DNA of 64,000 nt from Eubacteriales bacterium (GTDB taxonomy: Bacteria > Bacillota > Clostridia > Oscillospirales > CAG-272). The position numbers were made by a program, and so were the translations under genes. The notes beneath the pieces were generated by a model. That model was given only the letters and a program-made list of their open reading frames with translations. It searched no databases and was not told the origin of the DNA. Below are positions 57,481 to 64,000 of the stretch, piece after piece. Each line of letters opens with the position of its first letter. Within the stretch, counting starts at the first letter, position 1. The stretch covers positions 67,447-131,446 of the forward strand of contig JAZQXP010000057.1 of NCBI GenBank assembly GCA_045632925.1, in the 5' to 3' direction.

Positions 57481-57788
57481 GTGCAGAGTGTAGAGTGTAG
57501 AATGCAGAGTTAATGTAATTTTTCTCGCGATGCTCGAAAAATATTTGTGGGATAATTTAATTTGGCACTGATAACACTTCGCTTAGCTATAACATTTAAT
57601 AGCTAAACAAATAACTCGGAAATCAATGAAGATTACTTCAAAGATTTCCGAGCATTTTTTATTTACCAAATTTATTGTTTATCGCAAAACAATAGTTTGC
57701 CAAAGCAAAACATAATTCTTTAACTTCTAATTTCCGAGCTCGCTCGGAAATTATCCTCAACTCTGCATTATGCACTCTGCACTCTGCA
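57481..57788 (+). repeat. Repeat element copy A: inverted heptamer ends plus cap hairpins around an A+T-rich core with a terminator
   Basis: The left end is GTGCAGA GTGTAGA GTGTAGA ATGCAGA GTT plus the hairpin TTTTTC-TCGCGATGCTC-GAAAAA. The right end is the hairpin AATTTCCGAG-CTCG-CTCGGAAATT plus inverted heptamers at 57761-57788. It starts at the first base after the TAA stop. Confidence 0.85.
57615..57660 (+). terminator. Terminator inside element A
   Basis: The stem CTCGGAAATC/GATTTCCGAG is followed by CATTTTTTATTT. Confidence 0.8.
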
Positions 57789-57914
57789 TTTAATTACTCT
57801 CTCCGTCAATTAATCGCAAAAAATCTCCATTTAAGAAAATCTTAATTCGTTTAGCTATTTCTTTTTCATAAAAAGTGTGGTATAATGTACTTAATAAACC
57901 ACAGGAGCGTTAAA

Positions 57915-58610
57915 ATGTACAATATTCTTATATGCGACGATGAGGTAGATATCGTATCCGCGCTGAAAATATATCTTGCGTCCCCCGATCTGAATTTCTT
58001 CACCGCGGGTACGGGCGTCGAGGCGCTTCGTATTCTCGATAAGGAGGAGATCCATCTGATCATCCTTGATATCATGATGCCCGTGATGGACGGTATGACC
58101 GTGGCGGTCAAGATCCGTGAGACAAGCAACGTGCCGATCATCTTCCTTTCCGCCAAGAGTGAGGACAGCGACAAGATCCTCGGTCTCAATATCGGAGCCG
58201 ACGATTACATAACCAAGCCCTTCAATCCGATCGAGGTCTCTGCGAGAGTCCGTTCTCAGTTGAGAAGATATTTCACTCTCGGCGGCTCAAACAAGACCGA
58301 TGACGTCATCAGGAACGGCGGTCTTGAGATCGACAACAGGGAAAAGAGATTTATGCTCGACGGCGAGGAAGTTGCTCTGACGCCGAAGGAGTATGACATC
58401 CTCAAGCTTCTGATGTCGAATCCCGGAAAGGTCTTCTCACCGAGCGAGATCTATACCCTCGTATGGAAGGAGAGCGCGCTGACGGGCGACAATACGGTCG
58501 CGGTGCATATCAGACATCTGCGCGAGAAGATCGAGATCAATCCCGCTGAGCCGAGATACCTCAAGGTCGTCTGGGGTCAGGGATATAAGATCGAGAAGGG
58601 AGTAAGATAA
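57915..58610 (+). CDS. OmpR-family response regulator
   Basis: ILICDDE..LDIMMP (receiver Asp) and a winged-helix C-terminus (LTPKEYDILKLL..RHLREKIE). Confidence 0.93.
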   Translation: MYNILICDDEVDIVSALKIYLASPDLNFFTAGTGVEALRILDKEEIHLIILDIMMPVMDGMTVAVKIRETSNVPIIFLSAKSEDSDKILGLNIGADDYITKPFNPIEVSARVRSQLRRYFTLGGSNKTDDVIRNGGLEIDNREKRFMLDGEEVALTPKEYDILKLLMSNPGKVFSPSEIYTLVWKESALTGDNTVAVHIRHLREKIEINPAEPRYLKVVWGQGYKIEKGVR

Positions 58611-60556
58611 TGAAGGAGAAAAAGGCTCGACGGGGCATCAGCCACAGCATAGCCGCCAAGATCACGGCATTCCTGCTCGCGGTCGTTATGCTATGCCTTA
58701 CTGCCGCTGCGGTCGTCGGCGCGGTCATAATGTTCAGGGCGGAGGTGTATTGGACGAGCCGTGAGGCAAATCTCGACGACGTCTTTTCAATGACCGCATA
58801 TAACGACGCCTATAATATTATGCATTTGCTGATAAGCTCGGAGCACGGCGAGAACAATGCCGACGAGTTTATAAAGTATACGAATATCGGATCGGTCCGG
58901 TCGGAGAGCGCAAATCCCAATTACCGCGAGTATAGCAGGGAGATCTCCGAGGTCGATCAGAGATTCGTTTACACCTATTATTGGCACGTTCAGTATGCCG
59001 AGGACGGTAGCGTTGATCTCTTCCGCTCGATCGGAAACGATTATGACCCCGAGAAATATCCGCCCGAATCGGTCTGCTCGGTTACTGTCGGTATTGCCGC
59101 AAACCGCGTTGAGCTTGACGATTATTTCTGGTACGGCTTGCTCATCGACGTGTTGTACACCTTCCGCTTCTGGATCTATCCTATCGGAGCGGCGGCATTT
59201 CTGTTCGCGCTGATCTCTATTGCCTTCCTTATGGTCTCAGCGGGCAGAAGAAGGGGGATCGACGGCGTTTCGCCAACAGTGCTTACGAATATTCCCTTCG
59301 AGATCCCGACGGCGATATATGCGGCTTTGATGCTTTTCGGAATAATGATCGTTGTCGATATCGGCGGTGACGTCGAGACCGCGATCGCACTTTCGATCTT
59401 CTACGTCGTTGGTATCGTAGCAAGCCTTGTGTGGTTTATGAGCTTTGCGATCCGCGTCAAGCTCGGAACTCTCATTAAAAACACGATAATCTTCCGCCTT
59501 ATGCGCCTTCTTTGGCGTGCGATCCGATTCGTCGGACGCTGTATCGCCACGTTTGTCCGTTCGATCCCGATGATATGGAAGACGCTGATACTTCTTGCAG
59601 CGGTTACCGTCGTTGAGTTTTTCGTGATAGCTCTGACGCATACCGAGATCGACAATATGATGCTCTGGTGGCTGATCGGCAAGCTTGTCGGCGGCGCGGC
59701 GGTCATATATTTCGCGATAATGCTTCGCCGTCTCAAAACGGGCGGACGCAAGATCGCGGACGGCGACCTTGAATATAAGGTCAAAACCGATTCGCTCATT
59801 CTCGACTTGAAGGATCACGGCGAGGATCTGAACCGAATCGGAGAGGGACTTAATCTCGCTGTCGAGGAAAGGATCCGAAGCGAGCGAATGAAGACCGAGC
59901 TTATAACAAACGTCTCGCACGATATCAAAACACCGCTGACCTCGATCATCAATTATTCCGATCTCATCTGCCGCGAAGAATGCGACAACGAAAATATCAA
60001 GGAATATGCATCGGTGCTTCATAATCAATCCGAACGAATGAAGCGGCTTATCGAGGACCTCGTCGAGGCTTCGAAGGCGTCAAGCGGTAATATCGAGATC
60101 GAGCTTGCCGAATGCAATGCCTGCGTTCTCGTATCGCAGGTCTCGGGCGAATACGCTCAGAGACTTTCGGATGCGGGACTCGAGCTCGTCTGCACAGCTC
60201 CCGAGGAGTCGATCAAGATCATGGCGGACGGCAGAAGAATCTGGCGCGTTTTTGATAACCTTATGGGTAATGCGCGCAAATACGCCCTTCCCGGAACGAG
60301 AGTTTACGTCAGCCTAGAGGAAGAGAATGGACAAGCGATATTCAGATTCAAAAATATCTCCCGCGAGGCTCTCTCTCTCGATGCCCGCGAGCTTACCGAG
60401 CGTTTTGTACGCGGTGATGCCTCGAGAAATACGGAGGGCAACGGTCTCGGTCTTTCGATTGCAAAGAGCCTGACCGAGCTCCAGGGCGGAAGCTTTGATA
60501 TTACTGTCGACGGCGACCTCTTTAAGGTCACGCTGACCTTCCCCGCGATCAAATAA
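58610..60556 (+). CDS. Sensor histidine kinase with a large multi-TM N-terminal region
   Basis: The H-box is SHDIKTPLTSI, the N-box is NLMGNARKY and the G-box is GNGLGLSIA. The start overlaps the response-regulator stop. Confidence 0.9.
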   Translation: MKEKKARRGISHSIAAKITAFLLAVVMLCLTAAAVVGAVIMFRAEVYWTSREANLDDVFSMTAYNDAYNIMHLLISSEHGENNADEFIKYTNIGSVRSESANPNYREYSREISEVDQRFVYTYYWHVQYAEDGSVDLFRSIGNDYDPEKYPPESVCSVTVGIAANRVELDDYFWYGLLIDVLYTFRFWIYPIGAAAFLFALISIAFLMVSAGRRRGIDGVSPTVLTNIPFEIPTAIYAALMLFGIMIVVDIGGDVETAIALSIFYVVGIVASLVWFMSFAIRVKLGTLIKNTIIFRLMRLLWRAIRFVGRCIATFVRSIPMIWKTLILLAAVTVVEFFVIALTHTEIDNMMLWWLIGKLVGGAAVIYFAIMLRRLKTGGRKIADGDLEYKVKTDSLILDLKDHGEDLNRIGEGLNLAVEERIRSERMKTELITNVSHDIKTPLTSIINYSDLICREECDNENIKEYASVLHNQSERMKRLIEDLVEASKASSGNIEIELAECNACVLVSQVSGEYAQRLSDAGLELVCTAPEESIKIMADGRRIWRVFDNLMGNARKYALPGTRVYVSLEEENGQAIFRFKNISREALSLDARELTERFVRGDASRNTEGNGLGLSIAKSLTELQGGSFDITVDGDLFKVTLTFPAIK

Positions 60557-60565
60557 GGTGGATAT

Positions 60566-61387
60566 ATGAATGTTCTTGACAAAATGATGAATGCAATAGC
60601 GGCGGAAATGACTCCGCCGCCGGCATACGGTACCTTTCATATAATTCTGATCATCGTCGGTATGACCCTCTGCATTTCGCTTGCTTGGCTCTGTCGAAAA
60701 TTCGACGACAGAAAGAATAAGATCCTGCTGCTTTCCTTCGCGGGCGTTCTGATCGTGAGCGAGATCTTCAAGCAGATCTTCCTCTTTTTCGTTGTCGAGG
60801 AGAACGCGATCTGCTGGGGCGAGTTCCCCTTTCAGATGTGCTCGATGCCGATGTATCTTTGCCCCGTCGCGGTATTGTCGAAGAATGAAAGGATCAGCCG
60901 CGCGGCTTACGGCTTTATGATGTGCTTCAATCTGCTCGGCGGATTTGCGGGCGTTTTTGAGCCCTCGGGAGTCTTTCTCACGCAGGTGCCGCTGACCGTC
61001 CACGCGATCGCTTGGCATTATTCGCTCGTCTTCCTCGCGTTTTACATAATCTTCTCGCACCGCGCGGGAAGCACGAAGCGGGATTATTTCGATATCGTCA
61101 AGCTCTTTGTTGCGCTCTGCTTCGTTGCATTCGTGATCAATACCCTGATCGGTATTACGGTCGGCGCAGAGGTCAATATGTTCTTCGTCGGACCGAATCC
61201 CGCGCCGATAATAGTTTTCAATACGATCGCGCAAAAATTCGGCTGGGCGGCGAGCACGGTGATCTATATACCGATAACCTCGCTTGCGGCGGGAGTGATA
61301 TTTTTGATAAATGCAAAATGCAGAATGCAGAGGGCAGAGGGAGTGCAGAGTGCAGAGTGCAGAGTGCAGAATGCAGAGTTAAGGTAA
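60566..61387 (+). CDS. Polytopic membrane protein (YwaF/TIGR02206-like) whose last roughly 25 codons are the heptamer repeat
   Basis: It has about 7 TM segments. The C-terminus reads KCRMQRAEGVQSAECRVQSAECRVQNAELR, which is translated from the TGCAGAG repeats. Confidence 0.65.
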   Translation: MNVLDKMMNAIAAEMTPPPAYGTFHIILIIVGMTLCISLAWLCRKFDDRKNKILLLSFAGVLIVSEIFKQIFLFFVVEENAICWGEFPFQMCSMPMYLCPVAVLSKNERISRAAYGFMMCFNLLGGFAGVFEPSGVFLTQVPLTVHAIAWHYSLVFLAFYIIFSHRAGSTKRDYFDIVKLFVALCFVAFVINTLIGITVGAEVNMFFVGPNPAPIIVFNTIAQKFGWAASTVIYIPITSLAAGVIFLINAKCRMQRAEGVQSAECRVQNAELR

Positions 61388-61652
61388 ATTTCCTCGCGAT
61401 GCTCGGAAATTGTTCCTTATGATAATTGTATTTCTGCATGATAACCTTTTGTACTGTTCTGAACCGTTGTTTAATAATAAGAAACTCGAGATATAATGAA
61501 GTTTTTTACGCTTCACTGTATCTCGAGTTTTCTATTTGGTTTTTATATGTTTTAGATTAACTAAGGATTATCAGCACAAAATATATTTATTTCGGTATGC
61601 TTTTCGAACAAAGTTCGAAAAGCTTCCATAACTCTGCATTCTGCACTCTGCA
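61309..61652 (+). repeat. Repeat element copy B, homologous to copy A
   Basis: About 10 heptamers (AATGCA.. drifting to TGCAGAG) are followed by AGTTAAGGTA and the hairpin AATTTCC-TCGCGATGCTC-GGAAATT. Next comes a core similar to copy A, then the hairpin CTTTTCGAAC-AAA-GTTCGAAAAG and inverted heptamers at 61632-61652. Confidence 0.85.
61482..61537. terminator. Bidirectional terminator inside element B, serving 60566-61387 and glcK
   Basis: The stem CTCGAGATA/TATCTCGAG has T-rich tails on both strands. Confidence 0.75.
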
Positions 61653-61664
61653 CTCCCTTCGCCT

Positions 61665-62621
61665 TTAACCCAAAAGCGCTGCTCCGATAATTCCCGCTTC
61701 GTTTCCGAGGGTCGCGATGCGGATCTCTGTCGGACGGACGATACCGTTGCCGTAGGTCTCCGCTCTTACCAGGGGAACGAGGGGAGTGAGGAGATTGTCC
61801 TTCTCGTTCGAGATGCCGCCGCCGATAGAAAGGACCTCGGGCTGGAAGATGTTGATAATATTGATAATGCCGCAAGCGAGGTGCTTTATGTAGGAATCAA
61901 CGACCTCTTTTGCCGCCGCGTCGCCTGCGCGCATAGCGTCAAAGGACGTGCGTCCCGATACCTTGCCGCGCTCTGCTGCCATATCCGACATAAGTGTGTT
62001 GATGCCCTTTTCCTTGCATTCGGCGATCTTTTCCTCGGTCATCTTGACAAGAGCCGTTGCAGAGCTGTAAGCCTCCCAGCATCCTTTTCTTCCGCAGGAG
62101 CAGGGTCTGCCGTCGCAAACGATAACGATATGTCCGAGCTCGGCGCCCGCATAGTTAAAGCCGGAATAGATCTTGTCATCTATAACGATGCCGCCTCCGA
62201 CACCCGTACCGAGCGTGATCATGATCGAGCTCTTCGAGCCCTTTGCCGCTCCGACCTTAGCCTCGCCCCAAGCTGCGGCATTGGCGTCGTTTTCAATGGT
62301 TACCTTCGGAACGGGGAATCCCTCCTTGAACTTATCAGCAAGGGGGAAGTTACGGAAGGGAAGGTTATTGGCGTATTCAACTACTCCCGTGTCGTGGTTT
62401 GCAACGCCGGGGCTGGCAATACCTACAGCCTCGATCTCGTCGATGGAGATCTCTGCGTTTTTGATCAGATCGTGGCAAAGCTTTGCCATATCCGCAACGA
62501 TCTCGTCTGCGGGTCTGTGCGCACCCGTGGGAATGCTCTGACGGGAAAGAATAGTTCCTTCATTATTTACAATACCTGCGGCAATATTTGTACCGCCAAG
62601 GTCAACACCGACTCTGTACAT
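61665..62621 (-). CDS. glcK: ROK-family glucokinase
   Basis: VGVDLGGTNIAAG..ENDANAAAWGE..CSCGRKGCWEAY are the ROK zinc-motif sequences. Confidence 0.9.
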   Translation of the reverse strand: MYRVGVDLGGTNIAAGIVNNEGTILSRQSIPTGAHRPADEIVADMAKLCHDLIKNAEISIDEIEAVGIASPGVANHDTGVVEYANNLPFRNFPLADKFKEGFPVPKVTIENDANAAAWGEAKVGAAKGSKSSIMITLGTGVGGGIVIDDKIYSGFNYAGAELGHIVIVCDGRPCSCGRKGCWEAYSSATALVKMTEEKIAECKEKGINTLMSDMAAERGKVSGRTSFDAMRAGDAAAKEVVDSYIKHLACGIINIINIFQPEVLSIGGGISNEKDNLLTPLVPLVRAETYGNGIVRPTEIRIATLGNEAGIIGAALLG

Positions 62622-62657
62622 TTTTTTATTCCTTTCGGATTTGAAGTTGTTGATTAT

Positions 62658-62686
62658 ATTATAAAGTATAAATGCAATTTTGTCAA
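62658..62686 (-). promoter_or_regulatory. glcK promoter
   Basis: The minus strand reads TTGACA, a 17-nt spacer, then TATAAT. Confidence 0.75.
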
Positions 62687-62710
62687 CCGAATTTCTATTT
62701 TTTTAATTGA

Positions 62711-62772
62711 TTTTCTCGCATCGCGATAAAAACTACCTTACTTCTTACCTCTTACCTTTTACCTCTTACCTC
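62711..62772 (-). repeat. Heptamer tract (GAGGTAA-type on the minus strand) plus cap hairpin, directly after the J-protein stop
   Basis: The minus strand reads TGA-TGC-GAGGTAA GAGGTAA AAGGTAA GAGGTAA GAAGTAA GGTAG-TTTTATCGC-GAT-GCGAGAAAA. Confidence 0.85.
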
Positions 62773-62775
62773 GCA

Positions 62776-63378
62776 TCAGCAACAGGGTCCTCCAATGCAA
62801 AGGTTTGCGCAGATGCAGATTCTCAGGCAGTCGCAGAAGCTGTCCGAGCAGTCCGTGTGCGTGGTGTATGTGCCGCCCTGATAGGACGATGTCCTTGCGC
62901 GGAGCTGTTCGCGTGCGGCGCGGTATTCCTCGTTTTCGGGATCGCGTTCGCAGGCAATATCGAAGCATCTGCCCGCGTCGATGATGTTTCCGCGCATCAT
63001 CAGAGTGATTCCGCGGAGATAGTACCATTCCGCGCCGCGCTCGTTCTGCGGAACGGTGGAAAGAACGGCTTCAGCTTCTCGTACACGGCGCGCGTTGATG
63101 TGAACGCGGACTGCAACGTATCTGTCGTCACCTGAGGACGAGGTCTCGTTATAATGCGCACCCCCGTAGTATGAATCCTGCGACTTGCCCGAGCGGATCT
63201 TCTGGATCTCCTCGTATGCGGCGTTGATCTCCTTCATTTTTTCCTCGGCGCGTGCACGCTCGGCGGGATCGGTGAATTTATCTGGGTGGTTTTCACGGGC
63301 GAGCTTTCGGTAAGCCTTTTTGATATCGTCGTCGCTCGTCTCACGGCTTACGCCGAGCACCGAAAAGGGATCTCTCAT
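62776..63378 (-). CDS. J-domain protein with a TPR-like middle region and a Cys-rich C-terminal tail
   Basis: The J domain ([23 protein letters not shown]) carries the HPD motif. The tail is [24 protein letters not shown]. Confidence 0.85.
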   Translation of the reverse strand: MRDPFSVLGVSRETSDDDIKKAYRKLARENHPDKFTDPAERARAEEKMKEINAAYEEIQKIRSGKSQDSYYGGAHYNETSSSGDDRYVAVRVHINARRVREAEAVLSTVPQNERGAEWYYLRGITLMMRGNIIDAGRCFDIACERDPENEEYRAAREQLRARTSSYQGGTYTTHTDCSDSFCDCLRICICANLCIGGPCC

Positions 63379-64000
63379 TCGAATGAGCCCTCCTTCATTG
63401 AATTTTTATTGATGTCCTCGCGCTTCGGCTTGCGGAATCTGCCGTCAAGGACCGCACTTGCAATTTGCGGCATACCGACGGTCAGGATGTTTTGGACGAT
63501 CCTGTAAGCGCGCGAGCCCTCGTCGATCTCGGCAAGACCGAGCATTGACATAGCCGAGTCGCTCTCGTCGCGCAAGAGACACGCGAGTGTTAGCTTTTCC
63601 GACTCGTCAAGGCTGTCGCCGTATGAGGCAATGAAGGGGTTGTATCTGCCCTTTTTTGCGTCGTCTGCAAGATCGTCGAGCGCGTCGATGCAGTAGATCC
63701 AACGACCGACGTGGCGGCCGACCGAGTATGCTATCGCGTAGTTTTCGTCCTCGATGCCTCTCAAGGCGAGCATACCGACGATCTCTCCGAAGCTTTCTGC
63801 ACCCGATTCGATGCCCGCATCCGAGAATTCGGCGGTTGCGTTTTCCTTCTCGGCGGCGTAGTAAAGATCGAGTCCCGCGCGCGTTTTCTCGACGATCCCC
63901 TCGTCCTGCTCGTCGGCGCATCTCATCCACTTTTTTGCGGGAGATCGCATAAGGATCGCGGCAAGCTTCTTGAGGCCCGATTCGTCCCTCACGTCATCCT
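63375..64000 (-). CDS. Hypothetical protein translationally coupled to the J-domain gene (possibly DUF5685-like), 5' end outside the window
   Basis: The frame is open to the window edge. Its stop forms an ATGA overlap with the J-protein start. The family assignment is from memory only. Confidence 0.55.
   Translation of the reverse strand, partial: DDVRDESGLKKLAAILMRSPAKKWMRCADEQDEGIVEKTRAGLDLYYAAEKENATAEFSDAGIESGAESFGEIVGMLALRGIEDENYAIAYSVGRHVGRWIYCIDALDDLADDAKKGRYNPFIASYGDSLDESEKLTLACLLRDESDSAMSMLGLAEIDEGSRAYRIVQNILTVGMPQIASAVLDGRFRKPKREDINKNSMKEGSFE

Noticed and set aside
57626-57715. Small hydrophobic ORFs start at a conserved ATGAAG in the terminator loops of elements A and B. One is 57626-57715 (MKITSKISEHFLFTKF..). 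The other is 61496-61555 (MKFFTLHCISSFLFGFYMF). They could be type I toxins.
   Set aside because: There is no Shine-Dalgarno sequence. The shared FLF motif is just the translated terminator T-tract, the lengths differ, and the reading frames run straight through a terminator hairpin. The conservation is better explained at the RNA or DNA level.
61387-61411. An ATG sits inside the conserved TCGCGATGCTC hairpin loop, preceded by AAGG, in three copies (57519-57541, 61387-61411, 62711-62731). It could start mini-ORFs of 7-13 codons.
   Set aside because: The AAGG-to-ATG spacing is about 14 nt, which is too long. The peptides are unrelated in sequence and length. Other cap hairpins of the family (23508-23531, 24280-24301, 45006-45036) have no ATG.

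Overview
The window looks like chromosomal DNA from a moderately GC-rich Firmicute. Gene content suggests Clostridia, possibly Oscillospiraceae-like, but that is a guess. It is densely coding, with about 54 protein genes and no rRNA, tRNA, CRISPR array, transposase or phage genes that I can see.

Main blocks, left to right:
- nnr (3' end cut by the window edge).
- A feoA-feoB ferrous iron operon with two small Cys-rich accessory genes, one fused to an HMA metal-binding domain.
- A CBS-domain gene at the end of an ABC-2 / GldG / DUF4340 transporter operon.
- An XRE-HTH protein with beta-helix-like repeats.
- deoC-mscL.
- A complete glycogen operon: glgB-glgC-glgD-glgA-glgP, a GH13 enzyme and a small overlapping ORF.
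- A minus-strand run of a FAD oxidoreductase, a Zn-dependent alcohol dehydrogenase and a class II aldolase.
- A long minus-strand operon: murD, three tandem M42 peptidases, murI, a YnbB-like PLP enzyme, a lipoprotein and a cysteine desulfurase.
- An SOS-regulated dinB.
- yceD-rpmF.
- A GH78 rhamnosidase.
- A more A+T-rich surface-protein islet: two paralogous lipoproteins and an NPXTG-anchored protein.
- hpf, ligA, an amidase, rsmI and asd.
- An SGNH lipoprotein.
- An OmpR/histidine-kinase pair followed by a membrane protein.
- ROK glucokinase.
- A J-domain protein with a translationally coupled partner that runs off the right edge.

The most unusual signal is non-coding. A repeat architecture recurs at eight or more places. 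It usually starts right at, or over, a stop codon. It consists of a tract with 7-nt periodicity: either pure heptamer microsatellites, or 7-nt linkers alternating with roughly 14-nt mini-hairpins whose stems differ but stay complementary. The tract is capped by an AAGG-type motif and an A/T-clamped hairpin.

Two roughly 310-340 bp homologous copies with inverted heptamer ends bracket the two-component module.

All calls come from reading the sequence and the supplied ORF track. No searches or computations were run.
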